DNA of 64,000 nt, taken from assembly GCA_965222375.1 (NCBI GenBank), contig CBDCTZ010000012.1, positions 448,001 to 512,000 on the forward strand, given 5' to 3'. The stretch comes from Polyangiaceae bacterium (GTDB lineage: Bacteria; Myxococcota_A; Polyangia; Polyangiales; Polyangiaceae). Below are positions 57,940-64,000 of this stretch, in pieces (the first letter of the stretch is position 1; each line of letters starts with the position of its first letter). The notes under the pieces are model-generated. The model saw only the letters and a list, made by a program, of their open reading frames with translations. It was not told where the DNA came from and did no database searches. The translations under genes were made by a program, and so were the position numbers.

Positions 57940-58914
57940 TCACTCCGACGCAGCTGCGCGCGTCCGCGATCGCGATGCGATGGCAAACACGATCGCGACG
58001 ACCAAGGTCACTCCACCCACGATCATCAGCAGTGTTGGAATGCCGTACTTGATCGGAAGGGAGGCGGTGACGACCCAGCGTCGGGCGGTCGCGATGGAGG
58101 CCGCATTGAAGATGATGTGCAGCAGCAATGGGGCCCATATCCCGCCGCTGATGTGGCGAAACAGGCCAGCGCAGAGCGCCAATCCCAGGCTGCTCACGGT
58201 GCGGACGATGCCGAGGCCCCCGGACATGTCCGCATGTAGCGCAGTGAAGATCCCCGCTGTGACTAGGGTCGCGACCCCACCGGTGCGCAGATGGTTGGAA
58301 AGTGCCCTTGCAGCCTTGAGTGCTACGCCGGTTTCGACCACGCCTTCCGGCAACGCGGTCGAAGCAGGCGGCGCGTCGGGCTTGCGCGTGGGGATCAAGC
58401 GATTGACGAAGGACCACAGCGCGCCGCGGAATAGCAGTTCTTCGGCGACGGGGGCGATCGTCGCACCCCACAGCAAGGTGAGCCAGGCGGGGCTTCGCAC
58501 CAAGGAGCGACCGAACTCGCCGGTACTCTGCTGCGCCAACTGCCGGCCGCCTCGGCGTAGTTCGTCCAGAAGGGTTGGTAGCGCGATGGTGATCGCCACG
58601 GCGCTGACGATGACGAAGACGGGGATCGCCAGAGAGACGGATAGACCCAAAGCGCGTCCGCTGGGCATGGAGAGGCCGAGCGCAGAGAGGGGCTCTTTGA
58701 TCAACAGCGCGCAGAGGGCCAGCCCGACGAGCGTGCCAATGACCGCCACCCCGGCCAAGTAGCTTTGAAGCGTGAGTTGATCGGCGACGGCGGTTGGCAG
58801 CAGATACACGCCATAGCGGGCCAGCAAGCGGAATATGACCAGCCAGAGCACTGCCGCGACGCCATGCGCCAGGACGCGTTTCCAGGAGTTCGGGTCCTGC
58901 GGCGCGGGTGTCAC
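57940..58914 (-). CDS. CPBP (CAAX protease/Abi) family intramembrane metalloprotease
   Basis: APVAEELLFRG, FTALH, H in LLHIIFN; multiple TMs; 4-nt overlap with oxyR stop. Confidence 0.85.
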   Translation of the reverse strand: MTPAPQDPNSWKRVLAHGVAAVLWLVIFRLLARYGVYLLPTAVADQLTLQSYLAGVAVIGTLVGLALCALLIKEPLSALGLSMPSGRALGLSVSLAIPVFVIVSAVAITIALPTLLDELRRGGRQLAQQSTGEFGRSLVRSPAWLTLLWGATIAPVAEELLFRGALWSFVNRLIPTRKPDAPPASTALPEGVVETGVALKAARALSNHLRTGGVATLVTAGIFTALHADMSGGLGIVRTVSSLGLALCAGLFRHISGGIWAPLLLHIIFNAASIATARRWVVTASLPIKYGIPTLLMIVGGVTLVVAIVFAIASRSRTRAAASE

Positions 58915-59867
58915 GTTGGAGTGAGCACCTCCCGCTTGCGCGGGCTGAGGCGCACACTCGGGGGCAGCTGCTGCTTCACACAGTTGGCAATGGCATTGCC
59001 AACGCGCCGCCGCAGATGTTCCCGGGCATACACGAGGCTGACCTCACGCACCGGCGTGGGGGCCGAAAAAGGTCGGACTCGCTGGCCTTGACGCTTCAGG
59101 GGAAGTTGTTCGACGGACAGGGCCGGCAGCACGGTTACACCGAAGCCCCGGTCCACCAACTGGATCAGAGTTTCGAAGCTGCCGCTCTCGAAGCGCACGC
59201 CCTCGGCCTGGATGCTGCGGCGGTCCACGCGACAGAGTTGCATGACCTGGGTCCGAAAACAGTGGCCCTCGGCCATCAGCCATAGATGCTCACCGACCAA
59301 GTCCGACTGACGCACGGTCTTGCGCTTCGCGAGCGGATGACGCGGCGGGAGATAGGCAAAGAGCGCCTCTTCGTACAGTGGTTGCTCGAAGATTCCCGAC
59401 TCGTCGAGAGGAGTTGCAGCCAACCCGCCATCCAGGTCGTCCGCCAGCAAGCGCTCGACGAGCGCATCTGTTTGAGTTTCCTCCACCACCAATTCGACGG
59501 CGGGGTTGTCGGCCGCGAACTTCGGAAGCAGCAACGGAAGCAGCGTCGTCGCCAAGGTGGGGATAACGCCCAGCCGGTAACGACCCGTGAGCTCGCCGTC
59601 TTCGGCGAGCACATCGCGAAAGCGCTCGACCTCCCGCAGCACGGATTGCGCCTGTCGGAGAAAGACCAAGCCCTGTTCGGTGGGAACAACAGGTTGCTGG
59701 GATCGGTCGAAGACAACGATTCCGAGCAGGTCCTCGGCCTTCTGAACCTGCATGCTCAGTGCAGGCTGAGTCACGTGGCAACGCTCGGCAGCGCTACGAA
59801 ATGACCGCTGGCTTTCGACGGCGACGAGGTAGCGAAGCTGGGTCAGGGTTAGGGCCGATAAGTCCAT
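58911..59867 (-). CDS. oxyR: Hydrogen-peroxide-sensing LysR regulator OxyR
   Basis: LysR HTH FRSAAERCHVTQPALS; GVIPT; redox pair EGHCFRTQVMQLC (C-x8-C); SFETL. Confidence 0.9.
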   Translation of the reverse strand: MDLSALTLTQLRYLVAVESQRSFRSAAERCHVTQPALSMQVQKAEDLLGIVVFDRSQQPVVPTEQGLVFLRQAQSVLREVERFRDVLAEDGELTGRYRLGVIPTLATTLLPLLLPKFAADNPAVELVVEETQTDALVERLLADDLDGGLAATPLDESGIFEQPLYEEALFAYLPPRHPLAKRKTVRQSDLVGEHLWLMAEGHCFRTQVMQLCRVDRRSIQAEGVRFESGSFETLIQLVDRGFGVTVLPALSVEQLPLKRQGQRVRPFSAPTPVREVSLVYAREHLRRRVGNAIANCVKQQLPPSVRLSPRKREVLTPT

Positions 59868-59983
59868 GTGATGCACTGATTGGCAGTTCGAATTGGAAAT
59901 GCACTTCCGCCTTCGGCACTGTAGTCGCATATCAGTCGCTCTGCGCCGGCGCAGTCCCCGGTCGCAGACAAAAAAGTAAATAA

Positions 59984-59996
59984 AATCAATAAGTTA
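59984..59996 (+). promoter_or_regulatory. IHF-binding site in the oxyR/rubrerythrin divergent region
   Basis: AATCAATAAGTTA is an exact WATCAA-N4-TTR match, preceded by an A-tract (AAAAAAGTAAATAA). Confidence 0.65.
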
Positions 59997-60125
59997 GAGC
60001 CGGGCGGCCGGTTGGTCAAGCGGGCGCCAAACGGTGGGTTCCCTCCCACCAAACAAGTCCGTATCTTCGCCGCCCGGAAACAACCGCCCTCGCCCCCTGG
60101 GCGCAGGCTCGCTGGAGGAATGACG

Positions 60126-60545
60126 ATGCCCAAGCTCGATGGAACCAAGACCCATACGCACCTCAAAGAAGCTTTCGCTGGGGAGTCCCAAGCGAACCGC
60201 CGTTACCTTTACTTCGCGAAGGTCGCTGACGTGGAAGGCTATCCGGAGGTCGCCGGTCTTTTCAAGGACACGGCCGACGGTGAGACCGGCCATGCACATG
60301 GCCATCTCGACTTCCTCAAGCAGGTCGGTGATCCCGCCACTGGCAAGAAGATCGGCGACACCAAGCTCAACTTGGCCGCAGCGGTCGCGGGGGAAACCCA
60401 CGAGTACGAGACCATGTACCCGGGATTCGCCAAGACCGCACGGGACGAGGGCTTCGATGAGATCGCCGAGTGGTTCGAGACCTTGGCCAAGGCCGAGAAG
60501 AGCCACGCCGGTCGTTTCCAAAAAGCGCTAGACACCCTGGATTGA
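60126..60545 (+). CDS. rbr: Rubrerythrin, short type lacking the rubredoxin domain
   Basis: [35 protein letters not shown]; no C-terminal CxxC; GGAGG RBS 7 nt upstream. Confidence 0.93.
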   Translation: MPKLDGTKTHTHLKEAFAGESQANRRYLYFAKVADVEGYPEVAGLFKDTADGETGHAHGHLDFLKQVGDPATGKKIGDTKLNLAAAVAGETHEYETMYPGFAKTARDEGFDEIAEWFETLAKAEKSHAGRFQKALDTLD

Positions 60546-60561
60546 GAGGCACGCCCGAACC

Positions 60562-60601
60562 GAAAGCCATCGGTCGCGCGTGCGTGCGGTCGGTGGCTTT
60601 C
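60562..60601 (+). terminator. Long intercistronic hairpin after rubrerythrin (attenuator or mRNA stabiliser)
   Basis: GAAAGCCATCGGTCGCGC...GTGCGGTCGGTGGCTTTC pairs over ~18 bp with G-U wobbles on the + strand. Confidence 0.55.
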
Positions 60602-60634
60602 TCCATTTTGCATTCCACGGACGAAGAATATTTC

Positions 60635-62014
60635 ATGAGCCAGTTTCCCCGAGAGCCCGAAGCACCCCCCGCCTTCGACCCCAATGATGAGCGCTACTGG
60701 GACGCGCGGGATCTCGAGGCGGAACTGCTGCGTACATATCAGATCTGCCACGAGTGCCGCATGTGCGTGACGTACTGTGGTTCCTTCCCGATCTTGTTCG
60801 ACGCGATTGATCGCGAGGTGGACGCCGGCCGCGCCGAGGGGGCCGAGGCGGTGAGTTCGGAAACCGTGCGTCAAGTGACGGATCACTGCTGGCAGTGCAA
60901 GCTCTGCTACATCAAGTGCCCATACACGCCGGATGAAGAGGCCCGCGAGCTGCTCGACTTTCCCCGGCTCATGGCGAGGGAAAAGGCCCAGCGCGCGCGC
61001 CGGCAGGGGATTCCGCTGGTGGACCGGATCTTGGGGGAACCGCGCTTGGTTGGCTGGGCGGGCTCGGGCATGAGCTCGAAGCCGGCGAACTTCGTGAACG
61101 CGAACCGCCTCGCTCGAAAGATGACAGAACGCGTCGCGGGCATCAGCGCCCAATTCCCCCTTCCGCCCATGGCCAGACAAGTGTTCGGTAAATGGTTTGC
61201 CAAGCATGAACCTCTGCCCACTGCAGGGGATGCCGGACACGTCGTGCTCTTCGCCACCTGCTATGGCGAGTACAATTTCCCGGAGGTGCCTCAGGCCGCC
61301 GTGCAAGTGCTCGAGCACAACGGCTATCAAGTCATTGCCCCGGAGGAGGTGGACTGTTGCGGCATGCCCAACTTGGACGGGGGCGACGTGGCTGCTGCGA
61401 AGGCCAAGATGCAGCGCAACGTCTCTCGCATGCTCAGCTACGTGCGCAAGGGCATGAAGATCGTGACGCCTGGTCCCACCTGCGGATACACCATGAAGAA
61501 CGAGTGGCCCGTGTATCTGGGTAGCGAAGAAGCCAAAGAAGTCGCCGATGCCACCATGGATTTGATGGAGTTCTTGGAGGGACTCCGTCGGAGCAAGACA
61601 TTGAACAAGGACTTCGAAGGCGGTTTTGGCAAGATCGCCTATCATGCAGCCTGCCACTTGCGTGCGCAGAAAATCGCCCTGCCCGGCGCGAGGATCCTGC
61701 GCTTGCTCCCCGATACCGAAGTCCGCAGTGTCGAGCGCTGCTCCGCGGTGGACGGAACCTGGGGCATGAAGGCGGAGTATTATGAAGAGGGCGTACGCTA
61801 CGCCCGGCGCATGGCCAAGGATCTCGCCCCGGAAGACGACGAACCGGATCTAATCGTCACCGATTGCAACCTAGCTGGACAGCGCATTCTTGCTGAGAAC
61901 AAGCGTCCGGCGCTGCACCCTATCGTGGCCTTGGCGCAGGCCTACGGCTACGGCGGGGCGGTTCGCAAGCGGCGGAGCCGAATTACCGAGCCGTTGGACG
62001 AGGAGCGCACATGA
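60635..62014 (+). CDS. GlpC-like Fe-S oxidoreductase (rubrerythrin-associated)
   Basis: [27 protein letters not shown] domains ([20 protein letters not shown]). Confidence 0.9.
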   Translation: MSQFPREPEAPPAFDPNDERYWDARDLEAELLRTYQICHECRMCVTYCGSFPILFDAIDREVDAGRAEGAEAVSSETVRQVTDHCWQCKLCYIKCPYTPDEEARELLDFPRLMAREKAQRARRQGIPLVDRILGEPRLVGWAGSGMSSKPANFVNANRLARKMTERVAGISAQFPLPPMARQVFGKWFAKHEPLPTAGDAGHVVLFATCYGEYNFPEVPQAAVQVLEHNGYQVIAPEEVDCCGMPNLDGGDVAAAKAKMQRNVSRMLSYVRKGMKIVTPGPTCGYTMKNEWPVYLGSEEAKEVADATMDLMEFLEGLRRSKTLNKDFEGGFGKIAYHAACHLRAQKIALPGARILRLLPDTEVRSVERCSAVDGTWGMKAEYYEEGVRYARRMAKDLAPEDDEPDLIVTDCNLAGQRILAENKRPALHPIVALAQAYGYGGAVRKRRSRITEPLDEERT

Positions 62015-62583
62015 AGCAGGTACAGCGCAGTGAGGTGCTGGGTTTGGGCGCTTATGAGGAGATCCGCGCGCGTTTTCGCGCGCGGATCATCGAGGAGAAG
62101 AAGCGACGCCGGCTCGCCCTTGGTTCGAACATGACCGCAGTGTTCGAAAACCACGATACGGTTCTGTACCAAGTTCAAGAGATGCTGCGAACCGAGCGCA
62201 TTACCAGCGAGAGCGGCGTGATGCACGAACTCGAGACTTACAATACTCTCGTGCCTGGCGAGCATGAACTCTCCATCACCCTGCTCGTCGAGTACCCGGA
62301 CCGGGCGGAGCGCGAACGCATGCTGAGCGAGCTGGCCGGCTTGGAGGACTGCGTATTCTTCGAGGTCGGTGGACAGAGGGTGCAGGGGGTCGCGGAGGAG
62401 CGCAGCGACGACAAGACGCGCACGACTGCGGTGCACTATTTCAAGTTCCCTCTGGGCTCGGAAAACGCCCGAGCCCTGGCGTCGGGAACGCGTGCGGCCC
62501 TCGTAGTCGAGCACGCGGCGTACGAGGCAGAGGCCACGCTCAGTCCAGGTGCACTACAAAGCTTGGTTGCGGATTTGAAATGA
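62011..62583 (+). CDS. DUF3501-family protein
   Basis: KKRRRLALG, FENHDTVLYQVQEMLRTE, YNTLVP, AVHYFKF; ATGA overlap; typical rubrerythrin-cluster position. Confidence 0.88.
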   Translation: MKQVQRSEVLGLGAYEEIRARFRARIIEEKKRRRLALGSNMTAVFENHDTVLYQVQEMLRTERITSESGVMHELETYNTLVPGEHELSITLLVEYPDRAERERMLSELAGLEDCVFFEVGGQRVQGVAEERSDDKTRTTAVHYFKFPLGSENARALASGTRAALVVEHAAYEAEATLSPGALQSLVADLK

Positions 62584-62596
62584 AGCCCGCGCGGAA

Positions 62597-63076
62597 CTAC
62601 GGCGCGCGGCAAACCGACGTCACCTTCGCCGTGTAGGTTGCCCGCCACTCGCGGCGGCCCGGGACTTTCTGAATATCTGCGGCAGCCGGCTGGGTCACGA
62701 AGCGCAATCGCGACGCCTTGTGGTTGCCAAGTTGTGGAAACGCATCGAGGCCGGTCCACTCGAAACGGCTTGCATGGTGGTGGGGCATGTCGAGGGGCTG
62801 TGCAGGTTGCCAACTGCGCGAGGTGGTGTCCCAGGTTACATCTAGCCAGAAGGGTGCCCCATCGGCGTCGGCGTAGGAGCCCAGAGGGGCCGCTCCTTGC
62901 GGCAGCTCACAAGGGCCCAAAGCTAGCGCGGTCGCGGGGCTCCGCTTGGCCCCGCTGGCGCGCGATGCCTCAGCCTGCGGCGCATGGGGGGCGGCCGTCT
63001 TCCCGGGCGGGGCGCTTGGTTTCGAAGGGCAGCCCCAAACACAGCCAATGGCGCTGATGCACGCCGCCTGGCGCAT
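62597..63076 (-). CDS. Hypothetical lipoprotein-like protein
   Basis: MRQAACISAIGCVWG-C signal, Pro/Ala linker, Trp-rich globular C-terminus. Confidence 0.5.
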   Translation of the reverse strand: MRQAACISAIGCVWGCPSKPSAPPGKTAAPHAPQAEASRASGAKRSPATALALGPCELPQGAAPLGSYADADGAPFWLDVTWDTTSRSWQPAQPLDMPHHHASRFEWTGLDAFPQLGNHKASRLRFVTQPAAADIQKVPGRREWRATYTAKVTSVCRAP

Positions 63077-63198
63077 GCGTCGTGAGACCCTTCCGTGTGC
63101 CGAGCCGCCGCGTGCCGAGCCGCGAGCTGCCTTTGGTCCGGCGCCTCGGTGGCGTCTAGGGAGCGTGTAGCGACGCCGAGAAAGACGACAAGGGCCGA

Positions 63199-63669
63199 TC
63201 AACTCTGGGGCTCGGGCACGCGCCCGGGAGGGGGCGGTGGGCCATCACCGGTTTCGTGCCGAATGAAAAGCCGAATGAAATCCGCTTCGGTCAGGATCCC
63301 AACCAGGGTCCCATCTTCCTCGGCGATGAGCAGACAGCCGAGCTTGCCCTCCCACATGAGTTTCGCCGCGCTGAGCAAGGGCTCTGTCGGTTTGACGGTG
63401 ATGACTTCTTTTTGCATGACCGCGCTCGCCGGCTGCCGGTGGATGACTTGGTCTCGCTTCTCGGCTGCAGCCGACAGGAAGCTCGAGGACGCATGGAGCA
63501 GGTCTCGGTGGGTGACCAGGCCGACGACCTTGCCGTCTTCCACCACTGGCAGGTGCCGAAAGTGAAAACGTTGCATGCCTTCCTCGAGCTTCTCAAGGGT
63601 ATCGTTGCGGCCGATGGTGACCAGCTTTCGCGTCATCACTTCGCCAATGGTCTTCGGTAGTTGCGGCAT
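63199..63669 (-). CDS. CBS-domain pair protein
   Basis: IGEVMTRKLVTI, RHLPVVEDGKVVGLVTHRDL, KLGCLLI..LVGILTEADF. Confidence 0.9.
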   Translation of the reverse strand: MPQLPKTIGEVMTRKLVTIGRNDTLEKLEEGMQRFHFRHLPVVEDGKVVGLVTHRDLLHASSSFLSAAAEKRDQVIHRQPASAVMQKEVITVKPTEPLLSAAKLMWEGKLGCLLIAEEDGTLVGILTEADFIRLFIRHETGDGPPPPPGRVPEPQS

Positions 63670-63740
63670 CGCCCTAGGCATAATTGCACTTCGCTGTCGT
63701 TGCAATCGTTAAGGCTCCGAAGCCCGCGGCGAGGTGTGCC

Positions 63741-64000
63741 CTAGGAGCTGGCCGGCCTACCAGCTTTTTGGGCGGCAAAGCGTTCGACCAGGCTAGCAGG
63801 AACACGGGTAGGGCGGCCGCTGGCGATGCGTATCAAGACCCAGGTCGTGCTGGCCCGCGCCAGCAACTCGTTGTCTCGTGTGAAGTTCGTGCGTCGCACG
63901 CTGCTCGCGCCACGCACGCTCTCAATCCACGTCGTCGCAGTGATGCGTTCGGTTTCCTTGGCGGAGCGCAGGTACTCGATGTCGTGACGCCGGATTACCC
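63741..64000 (-). CDS. Acyl-CoA thioesterase (hotdog fold), 3' part; start lies beyond the window
   Basis: VIRRHDIEYLRSA...ATTWI...LLARASTTWVLI..SGRPTRVP...ASS*; not in ORF track. Confidence 0.8.
   Translation of the reverse strand, partial: VIRRHDIEYLRSAKETERITATTWIESVRGASSVRRTNFTRDNELLARASTTWVLIRIASGRPTRVPASLVERFAAQKAGRPASS

Noticed and set aside
60239..61657. 472-aa minus-strand ORF
   Set aside because: Antisense to well-supported rbr and Fe-S genes; no motifs
60126..62583. Rubrerythrin + Fe-S oxidoreductase + DUF3501 as a novel system
   Set aside because: This three-gene cluster is an already described aerobic-type rubrerythrin arrangement
1..64000. tRNA/rRNA genes, IS elements, prophage or defence islands
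   Set aside because: No cloverleaf, rRNA-like stretch, transposase, integrase, or marked compositional shift seen by eye; tRNAscan/Infernal would be needed to exclude them fully

Overview
GC-rich bacterial chromosomal segment with dense housekeeping and accessory genes. The gene style (Hanks Ser/Thr kinase next to a TPR/PEGA protein, double-FHA membrane protein, many Cys-rich lipoproteins, pilC-pilS) suggests Myxococcota, probably Polyangiales; this is an inference. About 55 CDS are supportable: moxR/DUF4350, two large beta-propeller-like lipoproteins, mutS, hrpB, polA, glycosyltransferases, ihfA-merR-ssb, a convergent SGNH hydrolase pair, pilC/pilS, an MlaC-like protein, aspartate kinase, argG, acyl-CoA dehydrogenase/APH kinase/histidine phosphatase, xth, a USP plus ArsB/NhaD transporter pair, gpmI, tandem DUF72, and oxyR divergent from rubrerythrin-FeS oxidoreductase-DUF3501. 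I found no rRNA, tRNA, CRISPR array, transposase or integrase. The strongest leads are: a 14-codon uORF with rare Arg codons before argG; tandem DUF72 genes, one with an N-terminal beta-clamp motif QLDLF; a kinase plus TPR-PEGA-beta-barrel pair that may signal across the envelope; a eukaryote-type UDP-galactopyranose-mutase-like flavoprotein coupled to a polyprenyl-phosphate glycosyltransferase; a consensus sigma54 promoter driving mlaC-like where pilR/pilA usually sit; and several small ORFs missed by the ORF track. All calls come from motif recognition by eye; no database search was run.
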